From the NCBI GenBank assembly GCA_037447435.1, contig JBBIGR010000059.1, forward strand, positions 1-23,018: DNA of 23,018 nucleotides, read 5' to 3'. Positions 1 through 8,540 of the stretch are shown piece after piece; within the stretch, counting starts at the first letter, position 1, and each line of letters opens with the position of its first letter. The notes below the pieces were generated by a model. That model was not told the DNA's origin. It did no database searches and saw only the letters and a program-made list of their open reading frames with translations. The translations under genes and the position numbers were made by a program. The DNA comes from Fibrobacteria bacterium (lineage in GTDB: Bacteria; Fibrobacterota; Chitinivibrionia; Chitinivibrionales; FEN-1185).

Positions 1-799
1 TTTTTTCTATGGGCATGCTTTTTGAGAATTTTTCCCAGGTCTGGTTTTTCCCGTTAAACCGGGCGACGCCTTCGGGCGAAACGATCCAAATAAACGAAGC
101 GTCAACGAGCATGTAATTGACACTGGAGCCGACAATCCCGTCTCCGAGCTTATATGAATTCCACGACTTCATGCTGCTTGCGTACCGGGAAAAGCCCTTG
201 TCCGTCAGGACCCAGATGTAATCGGAAAAATAAAAAATCCTGAATGCGTTGTTGGAAACGAGGCCGTTGTTTTGCGTATAACTTTCCCATTTCTCAAATT
301 TTTTATCAAAATAAAAAACCCCCGCATCGGTAGCGACCCACAATTGCGTCTGGTTAGAGTATAAGTCGTAAATTCTTTTGTCGCTGAAATCGCCGATCGG
401 TTCCCACTGTTCCACCAGTTTATTGTATCGGGCCAAGCCGTGCGGGCCTGCGATATAGGTGTAATCGAGGTCCGAGACAACGCGTACGACCGTGTCCGAA
501 GGAATTCCCTGTTTACTGGTATAGCCTTTCCAATCAAGATACCGCAAATCGGCATAGAACACGCCGTGCTCGGTACCGACCCACATGATTTTATCGTCTG
601 TGCAGAGATCGGTAACCGCATCGGACCGTATATTGGCCCATAATTCGTTTTCGGTTTGAAAACGATTGAGTCCCAGTTCCGATCCCCACCATACCGTATT
701 GTCGGATTGGAAAAACAACTGACGGGGCGGCGGTGTTGCCGATAATGATGCAGACACAATTCCGGCAATAAAAACCAAATTAAATACAACTCGCAGCAT
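1..799 (-). CDS. Secreted beta-propeller protein (two-component-regulator-propeller-like repeats), 3' end runs off the window
   Basis: Not in the ORF track because it is open at the edge. Manual translation from ATG 799 (GGAG upstream) gives MLRVVFNLVFIAGIVSASLSA (signal peptide), then blade repeats VWWGSELGLNRF, MWVGTEHGVFY, LWVATDAGVFYF, WESYTQNNGLVSN, IWVLTDKGFSRY and IWIVSPEGVARF, with no stop before position 1. Confidence 0.85.
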   Translation of the reverse strand, partial: MLRVVFNLVFIAGIVSASLSATPPPRQLFFQSDNTVWWGSELGLNRFQTENELWANIRSDAVTDLCTDDKIMWVGTEHGVFYADLRYLDWKGYTSKQGIPSDTVVRVVSDLDYTYIAGPHGLARYNKLVEQWEPIGDFSDKRIYDLYSNQTQLWVATDAGVFYFDKKFEKWESYTQNNGLVSNNAFRIFYFSDYIWVLTDKGFSRYASSMKSWNSYKLGDGIVGSSVNYMLVDASFIWIVSPEGVARFNGKNQTWEKFSKSMPIEK

Positions 800-1111
800 G
801 ACGCTCCACACGTTTTAAATTCAGTTAATCGTTTATTCTTTTGCGTAATTTCATGGTTGGGAGTGGAAATGATTGGAACATCATTTTTCCACCCTATCGA
901 TTCCCCCCAGAGGATACTACAAAATACCACTTTTTTAAAGAAATTTTTACATTTTTTAGCTAAAAAAGGTAAAAACACGGAAAAATCAATAGAAGCTGTT
1001 TACCGTCATTTTTCCAAACATGAGATAATATATCTAAAATTTGGTTTTTTTCAATATAAAAAGGTTTTTTGTTTACCGATTTTTAAATATATCGACTTTG
1101 AACGGAAAAAG

Positions 1112-1127
1112 GGGCCTTATATTTGCT
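1112..1127 (+). promoter_or_regulatory. Possible sigma-54 (-24/-12) promoter upstream of rtcB
   Basis: GGGCCT-TATAT-TTGCT has GG-N10-GC spacing (GG 1113-1114, GC 1125-1126). It is only a partial match to TGGCAC-N5-TTGCW. Confidence 0.3.
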
Positions 1128-1204
1128 AAGGGTTTTTAATCAAGAGAGGGAATTAAACAGTATTCAATCGCAAACCGTATTTTATAAAATTTATTTTATT
1201 AAAT

Positions 1205-2368
1205 ATGAAAACAATCGTAAACTACCGCATACCGATAAAATCGTGGTGCGCCGACATCGAGCCCGGGGCAATGGAACAGGCGGTCAATTTAACCGCGCTG
1301 CCGTTTGTGTACGGCCACGTTGCGATAATGGCCGATTGCCATGTCGGTTTCGGCATGCCCATCGGCGGGGTTATTGCTTGTAAAGATTTCATCGTTCCTA
1401 ATGCCGTTGGTGTCGATATCGGATGCGGTATGTGTGCGGTAAAAACTTCCTTGAAGGCACAATCGCTTGCTCCGGATACGGTCCGTTTGCTGCTAAACCG
1501 AATCCGCAGCAGCATTCCAATGGGCTTTGCGCATCACAAGTCCGAGCAAAACTGGGAGGGATTTTCCAAAGCGCCCGACATTGGCGTCGTGCAGCAGGAA
1601 CTGCAATCGGCCAAAAAGCAACTGGGGACATTGGGCGGCGGCAATCATTTCCTGGAAATACAGGAAGGTGACGATGACCATATTTGGTTTATGATCCATA
1701 GCGGTTCAAGAAATTTCGGGCTTAAAATCGCCGAGGACTTTCACGGCCGGGCATTATCGTATTGCAACAAACACGGTTTGGAATTGCCAGACAAGGATCT
1801 GGTGTATGTTCCTCTGGAATCCGAAACAGGCGCTCAATACCTTGCAGCTATGAATTACGCGCTTTCCTTTGCATATGAAAACCGCCAGCGGATGAAAAAC
1901 CGCATTTCCGATATTTTTTCCGAAGAAACGCGATGCGGTTTTCTACACGAAATAAACATTCATCACAATTTCGCGGCGCAGGAAACCCATTACAACAGGC
2001 AGCTCATTGTCCATCGTAAAGGTGCGACGCGTGCAAGCAAAGGCCTGGAGGGGATAATTCCCGGCAGCATGGGAACCGCATCGTACATCGTCCGCGGAAA
2101 AGGACAGGCCGACAGCTTTGAGTCGTGCTCGCACGGCGCAGGCCGTGTCATGGGACGCAACGAAGCGAACAGAAAACTTGTTTTTGAACAGGTGCGGCAA
2201 TCCATGAAAGGCATCGTATTCGACGCATGGCCCAGAGGACGAAAAGGCAAAATAGATTTATCGGAAGCTCCTGCAGCGTATAAAGACATCGATGCGGTTA
2301 TTGCGGCACAAAAGGATTTGATCGACGTTGTTGTAAAGCTCCGGCCTATCGGCGTGGCAAAAGGATGA
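1205..2368 (+). CDS. rtcB: RtcB family RNA ligase (3'-phosphate/5'-OH)
   Basis: Motifs MADCHVGFGMPIGGV, PNAVGVDIGCGM, LGTLGGGNHFLE, HSGSR, HHNFA, HRKGAT, IPGSMG, SCSHGAGR and EAPAAYKDI are all present. Confidence 0.97.
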   Translation: MKTIVNYRIPIKSWCADIEPGAMEQAVNLTALPFVYGHVAIMADCHVGFGMPIGGVIACKDFIVPNAVGVDIGCGMCAVKTSLKAQSLAPDTVRLLLNRIRSSIPMGFAHHKSEQNWEGFSKAPDIGVVQQELQSAKKQLGTLGGGNHFLEIQEGDDDHIWFMIHSGSRNFGLKIAEDFHGRALSYCNKHGLELPDKDLVYVPLESETGAQYLAAMNYALSFAYENRQRMKNRISDIFSEETRCGFLHEINIHHNFAAQETHYNRQLIVHRKGATRASKGLEGIIPGSMGTASYIVRGKGQADSFESCSHGAGRVMGRNEANRKLVFEQVRQSMKGIVFDAWPRGRKGKIDLSEAPAAYKDIDAVIAAQKDLIDVVVKLRPIGVAKG

Positions 2369-2380
2369 CGGCCGCTTTGA

Positions 2381-2695
2381 TTATTTCGTCTCGTCGAGTA
2401 TCCAGCGTATATAGTCGGGATTGCCGCCCGTAATAGGCATCGCCACGATGCAGGGGACCTCGTAGCTGTGCAATTGCTTTACGCGGTTCACGATGGAATC
2501 GACAAGCGATTCCCTGGTTTTTGCGATGATAACGACCTCGTCGTCCCGCTCGATCGTCCCTTTCCATCGGTAAATCGATTTCATGTTGCCAAGTATGTTG
2601 ACGCACGCGACAAGACGTTCGGCAACAAGCGCTTCGCCGATGACGGCGGCCTGCTTTGCGTCTTTGGCCGTTATGTAAATGGCTGTAGGGTTCAT
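2381..2695 (-). CDS. cutA: Divalent-cation tolerance protein CutA
   Basis: Motifs LVAERLVACVN, SIYRWKG, IAKT, LHSYEVPCI and YIRWI. Start moved to ATG 2695 (MNPTAIYIT), which has GGAGAG upstream and gives 104 aa. Confidence 0.95.
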   Translation of the reverse strand: MNPTAIYITAKDAKQAAVIGEALVAERLVACVNILGNMKSIYRWKGTIERDDEVVIIAKTRESLVDSIVNRVKQLHSYEVPCIVAMPITGGNPDYIRWILDETK

Positions 2696-2838
2696 GGAAA
2701 CGGCGCTCTCCGAATAAATGTGTTGGGAAATGAAGGAGCGAACGATCCGGCAAAAGCAACCACGCTGCCGAAGCCAAGACAAACCTGGATTCAGCGTGGG
2801 GAATATCGTAGTGAGCAGTTATCCAAAAGAAAAATTAT

Positions 2839-3210
2839 TCAATTATCCAATTTTTCCTGTTGGTCGGAAATGATTTTAGCGAGTGCTCTCAGGGGCACCG
2901 GCTTTTCGAAAAAAGTCGCATTGAGTTTTTGAAGCTTTTCTTCCGCGATTTCGGAAACATAACCGGAAATCATGATTTTTCGCACCTTGGGGGCAGCCGC
3001 CTCCATAAGTTGCAAACCGTCAATTTTCGGCATTTTATAGTCCGTTATTAAAACGTCAATGCTGTTATTAACGACAAAATCTTTTGCAACAACAGAATCG
3101 TTAAATGTATGGACATTGATATCTTGCGTCACGCATTGGATAAATGTCTTGAGCAGTTCGGTAATCTGCTCCTCGTCGTCGACAACGACGACTTCAAGCT
3201 TTCGAGCCAT
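2839..3210 (-). CDS. Single-domain (CheY-like) response regulator
   Basis: VVVVDDE, phosphoacceptor in ITDYKMP, ISG and EKP. It is 123 aa with no output domain, and GAGG lies upstream. Confidence 0.93.
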   Translation of the reverse strand: MARKLEVVVVDDEEQITELLKTFIQCVTQDINVHTFNDSVVAKDFVVNNSIDVLITDYKMPKIDGLQLMEAAAPKVRKIMISGYVSEIAEEKLQKLNATFFEKPVPLRALAKIISDQQEKLDN

Positions 3211-3250
3211 TACAATGTTTCCTCTTTGTGAAGTCTCCTTATTGTTGTAT

Positions 3251-3279
3251 ATTGTATCACATCATCAAAAGGCGTGCAA
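3251..3279 (-). promoter_or_regulatory. Sigma-70-type promoter for the response regulator (and possibly cutA)
   Basis: Minus strand TTGCAC-17 nt-TACAAT with an extended -10 (TG-A-TACAAT). Confidence 0.55.
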
Positions 3280-3323
3280 TACATTTTTTCATATAAATAA
3301 TATAAGATAAAAACGCAAAAACT

Positions 3324-6300
3324 ATGCCCAATTTTCATTGTAATTCAAAATTACCCATATTTGAAAAAAAAGACGACATCATCATCGCCTTGCAATCTCA
3401 TCAGGTAATAATTGTTTCCGGAGAAACCGGCTCGGGGAAAACCAGTCAATTGCCGCTTATATGCTGCGAAGCCGGATACGGCCGCCATGGGAAAATCGGA
3501 ATCACCCAACCGCGCCGTATAGCTGCAACGTCAATTGCCGCCTATGTCGCGGAACAATGCCAAACGCAATTGGGGGCCTTTGTCGGCTATAAGGTACGGT
3601 TTCACGACAAAGAATCTCGAGATACGCGGATTAAATTCATGACCGACGGTATTTTGCTTAGAGAACTCGAACACGACCGATTGCTCAAGGCGTATGATGT
3701 GGTCATCATCGACGAGGCGCACGAGCGCAGCCTCAACATAGATTTCCTGCTTGGTTATATGCGGACGATTTTGCCCAGGCGGCCGCAACTGCGGCTCATT
3801 ATTTCTTCTGCAACCATAAACACCGCTTTGTTTTCCAAAACATTCGGCAACGCGCCGATCATTTCCGCTTCCGGCAGGCTATTTCCGGTCGAAATTCAAT
3901 ATTTGTCAAGAAACGACGAGAAACGGCCCGACGCCGAAGACGAGGGAGACGGCGATTTCATCGACGATGTCGTCCGCGCAATCGCAAACATCATCGAAAC
4001 GCAACCCGACGGCGATGTCCTGGTTTTTTTGCCTACCGAACGCGACATTCTTGAGGTACGTGGCGATCTTGATCATAGGTACCAAAAGTTTTGCGCCATT
4101 GTTCCGTTGTTCGGCCGCATGCCGCTCGGCGATCAGCAGGCGATTTTTAAAACCCTTGACAAACAAAAAATAGTCCTGGCCACCAATATCGCCGAAACGT
4201 CGGTGACCGTGCCTAATATCCGTTACGTGGTCGATGCGGGGCTCGCACGGATCAAGCGCTACGATCCGTCGATGCGCGTCACCCGCTTGCCGGTCGAGGC
4301 AATATCGCAGGCAAGCGCCCAGCAGCGGGCGGGCAGAAGCGGACGCGTGCAGAACGGTGTTTGCGTCAGGCTGTACAGCGAAACCGATTTTGTCTCGCGC
4401 GATCCGTTCACCGCGCCCGAAATCATGCGTTCGAACCTCGGTCAGGTCATTTTGTCAATGGCCTCGCTTGGCCTGGGCCCCATAGAAAATTTCCCGTTTT
4501 TGGAACCGCCGCCGCCTCGCGCGGTTTCGCAAGGGTATGCGTCGCTGCTCGAACTCGGTGCGATAGACGACATGAAAAAGCTTACGCAACTCGGGCGCGA
4601 CATGGCAAAATTCCCGCTCGATCCGCCGCTGTCCCGCATGATCATCGAGGCAGGCCGCGAAAAGTGCCTTGGCGAAATGATAATCATCGCCGCAGGACTG
4701 TGCGTGCAGGACATGCGCGTTCGCCCCCAGGAAAAAAAACAGCAGGCCGACGAAATGCATGCGAAGTTTTCCGACCCCATGTCCGATTTTCTGTTTTATT
4801 TGAAATTATGGGACGAATCGGGCCTGGATTCCAAAATTTCGAATTCACAACTAAAAAAATTCTGCAATGGTAATTTCCTGTCCTATACGCGTATGCGCGA
4901 ATGGCAAGACGTGTGTTCGCAATTGCGGCTGGTTCTCGAAAACAATAAAATCGCTGCAAAAAGAACGCAAGGGGTGAAATACGAACAAATCCATCGTTGC
5001 GTATTGTCGGCGTTTTTATCGCATATCGCAAAAAAGACCGAAGACGGCGATTATCAGGTCGCAAAGGGACGTAAGGCATTTTTGTTTCCCGGATCGAGCC
5101 TGTATAAGAAAAAACCCGATTGGATCGTATGTGGCGAACTTGTGGAAACTTCGCGTTTGTATGCCAGGACCGCCGCGATAGTCGACCCGATATGGTGCGA
5201 GGCGCTGGCGCCGCATTTGTGCAAATATACCTACGGAGAACCTAAATTCGATGCCGAAAACGGGACCGTACGCGCGCGCGAAAAGGTTTTGCTGTTCGGG
5301 TTGACAATTGTAGAAAGCCGCAATGTGGCGTACGGCAGGATAAACCCGGGCCTGGCAACGGAAATATTCATCAAAGACGGGCTGGTCGAAGGCAAATTGC
5401 AAACGCATCACCGCTTTTTCGCACATAATAAAGACCTTATCGAAAAAATCCGGCAGCAGGAAAAGAAAATGCGCGCGAGCGCAGACTTCAGTACCGAAGG
5501 CATTGTGTACGATTTTTATTCGAACAGGCTTTCCGGAGTTACTTCGATACACGATTTAAACCGGGTCATTCGTGAAAAAGGGTCCGACTTGTTTTTGCAT
5601 ATGAAGGAATCCGACATATTGGCCCAAGATGTTTTGGCAAAAAACGATTTGAATCAATTTCCGGATTCTGTAACCATCGGCGTAGAATCCTTTCCCGTAA
5701 AATATGAATTCGATCCGATGTCTCTTCATGACGGCGGGACAGTAGAAATCCACGCTTTGCAGCTTAAATATTTAAACGAGTCGGTTTTCGATTGGATAAT
5801 TCCGGGATTTATCAGCCAAAGAATCCAGTTTTTATTGGAAAGCCTTCCCAAAGCTATTAAAAAACAAATCGAATCAATTCAGCAAACCAGCAGCACCATC
5901 GCAGAATCAATGAAATTTGAAGGCCAGGATTTTCTGCAAAGCATGTGCGATGCGCTTTTTCAATTAACGGGGATTGAAATTATTCCGGAAGAATTACCGG
6001 TTCAGGATTTGCCGCAGCATTTGTTTGTGAAAGTTAAAGTAAAAAAGGATGTCAATAGTAGGGGCATAAAATCTAATGCACAAAATGATAACAACCTCAC
6101 CAATCAAATCGAATGGAACAAAAAAGCCATTCAAATCGAAAGAAAAAATATCCAGGCATGGGATTTTGGCGATATTTCGAAAAAAATTGAGATAATTCAT
6201 TGTTCAAAAGGATTTTCGATTTATGGATTTCCGGCAATTGTTGAAAATGAAAATTCAATAAACTTGATAATTTTCCAATCCGAGGATGATCAACAGAGCG

Positions 6301-7040
6301 TTCATGCAAACGGTGTTAAAAAGCTATTGGAAGTTTGTGTTGAAAAGGAAATGGCCTGGCTTGAAAGGGAATTAAAATTCGGAAAACAATTGCAGATGCT
6401 GTGCGCGCCTTTTGCAAAGGCAGATATTTTTAAGGAAAGCTTAATCCGATTGATCGAAAATCAGTGTTTTTCGAATGAGGATTTTGAGATCCGGCGAAAG
6501 AGCGAATTCGAAAAAATTTTGCAAAAAATAAAACGGGTTCTTTCGTCGGAAAGTACCAAGCTTATTAGCATTCTAGAACAGGTTTTATTGGATTATAATG
6601 AATTATCGTCGATGATTAATAAACGAATAAGTAATTATAATATAGTAAGTTACAAAGAAACCGCTAAATTAATAAAACAAGAAATGCATGACTACATCGA
6701 TTATTTATTAAATAACACATTGAATTATAATATGATGCTGCAATATTCAAGGTATTTTTCAGGATTTAAGTTTAGAATCAATCGTGCGTTCTCGGATATG
6801 GCAAAGTATTTGGTAAAATACGATATTGTAAAGACTTATGTAGATTTAGAAAGAAAACTTCTTTCAAAAAGTCCCCTGTTATCCCTTGAAATTCAACAGC
6901 TTATCACTGAATTTGCAATGATGGTTGAGGAATTCAAGATATCAACCTTTGCGCAACAGGAAATAAAGACCATTTTCCCTATTTCGCAGAAAAAGATTGA
7001 TGAAAAATTAGCTGAAATCAGGACAAAAGTGAAAATATAG
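3324..7040 (+). CDS. hrpA: ATP-dependent DEAH-box RNA helicase HrpA
   Basis: GETGSGKT, TQPRRIAA, FMTDGILL, DEAHERSLNIDFLLG, SAT, ATNIAETSVT and QRAGRSGR, followed by HA2/OB regions and a long HrpA-type C-terminal region ending MVEEFKISTFAQQ. Confidence 0.95.
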   Translation: MPNFHCNSKLPIFEKKDDIIIALQSHQVIIVSGETGSGKTSQLPLICCEAGYGRHGKIGITQPRRIAATSIAAYVAEQCQTQLGAFVGYKVRFHDKESRDTRIKFMTDGILLRELEHDRLLKAYDVVIIDEAHERSLNIDFLLGYMRTILPRRPQLRLIISSATINTALFSKTFGNAPIISASGRLFPVEIQYLSRNDEKRPDAEDEGDGDFIDDVVRAIANIIETQPDGDVLVFLPTERDILEVRGDLDHRYQKFCAIVPLFGRMPLGDQQAIFKTLDKQKIVLATNIAETSVTVPNIRYVVDAGLARIKRYDPSMRVTRLPVEAISQASAQQRAGRSGRVQNGVCVRLYSETDFVSRDPFTAPEIMRSNLGQVILSMASLGLGPIENFPFLEPPPPRAVSQGYASLLELGAIDDMKKLTQLGRDMAKFPLDPPLSRMIIEAGREKCLGEMIIIAAGLCVQDMRVRPQEKKQQADEMHAKFSDPMSDFLFYLKLWDESGLDSKISNSQLKKFCNGNFLSYTRMREWQDVCSQLRLVLENNKIAAKRTQGVKYEQIHRCVLSAFLSHIAKKTEDGDYQVAKGRKAFLFPGSSLYKKKPDWIVCGELVETSRLYARTAAIVDPIWCEALAPHLCKYTYGEPKFDAENGTVRAREKVLLFGLTIVESRNVAYGRINPGLATEIFIKDGLVEGKLQTHHRFFAHNKDLIEKIRQQEKKMRASADFSTEGIVYDFYSNRLSGVTSIHDLNRVIREKGSDLFLHMKESDILAQDVLAKNDLNQFPDSVTIGVESFPVKYEFDPMSLHDGGTVEIHALQLKYLNESVFDWIIPGFISQRIQFLLESLPKAIKKQIESIQQTSSTIAESMKFEGQDFLQSMCDALFQLTGIEIIPEELPVQDLPQHLFVKVKVKKDVNSRGIKSNAQNDNNLTNQIEWNKKAIQIERKNIQAWDFGDISKKIEIIHCSKGFSIYGFPAIVENENSINLIIFQSEDDQQSVHANGVKKLLEVCVEKEMAWLERELKFGKQLQMLCAPFAKADIFKESLIRLIENQCFSNEDFEIRRKSEFEKILQKIKRVLSSESTKLISILEQVLLDYNELSSMINKRISNYNIVSYKETAKLIKQEMHDYIDYLLNNTLNYNMMLQYSRYFSGFKFRINRAFSDMAKYLVKYDIVKTYVDLERKLLSKSPLLSLEIQQLITEFAMMVEEFKISTFAQQEIKTIFPISQKKIDEKLAEIRTKVKI

Positions 7041-7050
7041 GCAAAAAAGG

Positions 7051-7710
7051 TTATTTCTCAACAACGAAGCTTTTTACATCGCGACCTTGCGCTTCCCAAA
7101 TTTTGCGGTAGCGGGTGCTTATGTCGGCATCCGCAATTTCCATGTCGAGAATTTTATAGCCCAATTCGGTTTTGGCTATAGCCTTCATGTTTTGAAACAA
7201 CAAGTTCGAATCGCTCGCGAAAAAGAATCTGCCGCCGGCCACAAGGGCATTGTAAATACTTTGCAGAAAAATTTTTCGCCTTCCGTTTGCTCTATCCTTA
7301 TGATAATCATTCGGTGGATTTGGGAATAAATAAAAAACAGTCTTTACGGTTTGGGGCTGCAAAAGACCGAGCATAACCTCGAAATCGCCACGAATGAATT
7401 TGATGTTTTCCAATTTTTCGGCATTGGCCGTTTGCACAGCGTAAAAAAGCGGCTTCTGCGATTTGTCGATGCCGAGAAAGTTTTCTTGAGAAAATTGTTG
7501 GGCTCTACTGCAGGCGAGTACGCCGGTTCCGCACCCAAAGTCTATTTCCAAAGGAAAATCATTGCCGAACAATCCCAAAGATGTCAGGCTGGGAAACTTT
7601 TGCGGTTCATGACGAAGCTTTTCGCTGCTCCAATACCATAAATATTTGGCCGCGACTTCTTCGTTTGGCGGATCTATATGCATTCGTGTCGGATGTCGTC
7701 CTCGTGCCAT
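7051..7710 (-). CDS. trmB: TrmB-like (tRNA m7G46 family) SAM-dependent methyltransferase, divergent
   Basis: LEIDFGCGTG, NFLGID, LENIKFIRGD, YLFPNPP (usually FPDPW), LVAGGRFFFASD and STRY. Confidence 0.7.
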   Translation of the reverse strand: MARGRHPTRMHIDPPNEEVAAKYLWYWSSEKLRHEPQKFPSLTSLGLFGNDFPLEIDFGCGTGVLACSRAQQFSQENFLGIDKSQKPLFYAVQTANAEKLENIKFIRGDFEVMLGLLQPQTVKTVFYLFPNPPNDYHKDRANGRRKIFLQSIYNALVAGGRFFFASDSNLLFQNMKAIAKTELGYKILDMEIADADISTRYRKIWEAQGRDVKSFVVEK

Positions 7711-7818
7711 GTATGGAAAATACTTGGTAATTAAAAAACAAATGACGGCTTATTGTACTTTAAGACTAGGGATTTTTTGCTATCGAGTCGAAACCGATTT
7801 CTCTTAAAAGGAGCAGGT

Positions 7819-8520
7819 ATGGATACGGAAATAAAAAAAGTATCTGTAGTGCAATTTTTGTTCACCTTTTTATACATATTGGTTTTTCCCGCTCTGTTAT
7901 TATTTCTTTCCGGAAATTGGCTTTGGATCGAGGGCTGGATATTCAGTATATGGTTTTTATCACTATGCTATACTGCAATCATATACCTATATATTAAAAA
8001 TCCGGCATTACTGGCAGAAAGATACCGTAAGCCGGGAACCGGCAATCAAAAAAAATGGGATGTTTATGTCGTCATAGGCCTTGTCGTCGGGTTCATATCG
8101 TGGATCGTGATCATGCCGCTCGATGCAAAGCGATTCAACTGGACAAGTAATTTTCCCTTGTATTTAAAAATCATCGGGTCCGTGCTTCTTTGCATCTCGT
8201 TTTTTTTATTTATCAGGTCGTATACCGACAATAATTTTTTGTCGCCGCTTGTACGCATCCAAACGGAAAGGAAGCAGGAAATCGTTTCCACCGGCGTATA
8301 TGCCATTGTTCGCCATCCTATGTATCTTGGCGCAACCTGCCTCTTTATCGGAACTCCCTTGCTGCTGGGCTCGGTTATCGGGCTCAATATCGGCCTCCTT
8401 CTTATTTTGCTATTGGCCGGGCGAATATTCGGTGAGGAAAAAGCCCTGACAAATGAACTGAAAGGATATGCCGATTATACACTCAAAGTAAAATACCGGC
8501 TTATTCCTTTTGTTTGGTGA
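7819..8520 (+). CDS. Isoprenylcysteine carboxyl methyltransferase (ICMT/PEMT) family membrane protein
   Basis: Multiple TM segments, NPALLAER, VRIQTERKQEIVSTGVYAIVRHPMYLG, RIFGEEKAL and VKYRLIPFVW. ATG 7819 follows AAGGAG. Confidence 0.9.
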   Translation: MDTEIKKVSVVQFLFTFLYILVFPALLLFLSGNWLWIEGWIFSIWFLSLCYTAIIYLYIKNPALLAERYRKPGTGNQKKWDVYVVIGLVVGFISWIVIMPLDAKRFNWTSNFPLYLKIIGSVLLCISFFLFIRSYTDNNFLSPLVRIQTERKQEIVSTGVYAIVRHPMYLGATCLFIGTPLLLGSVIGLNIGLLLILLLAGRIFGEEKALTNELKGYADYTLKVKYRLIPFVW

Positions 8521-8540
8521 ATCGTTACAAACGGAAAAAA

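Noticed and set aside
205..978. 257-aa minus-strand ORF from the track
   Set aside because: It is an alternative frame overlapping the real beta-propeller gene and has no recognisable motifs.
1205..2368. RtcB2-PrfH or Ro60/Y-RNA repair operon
   Set aside because: No prfH, rsr/Ro60, rtcA or rtcR is adjacent. The next gene is the convergent cutA.
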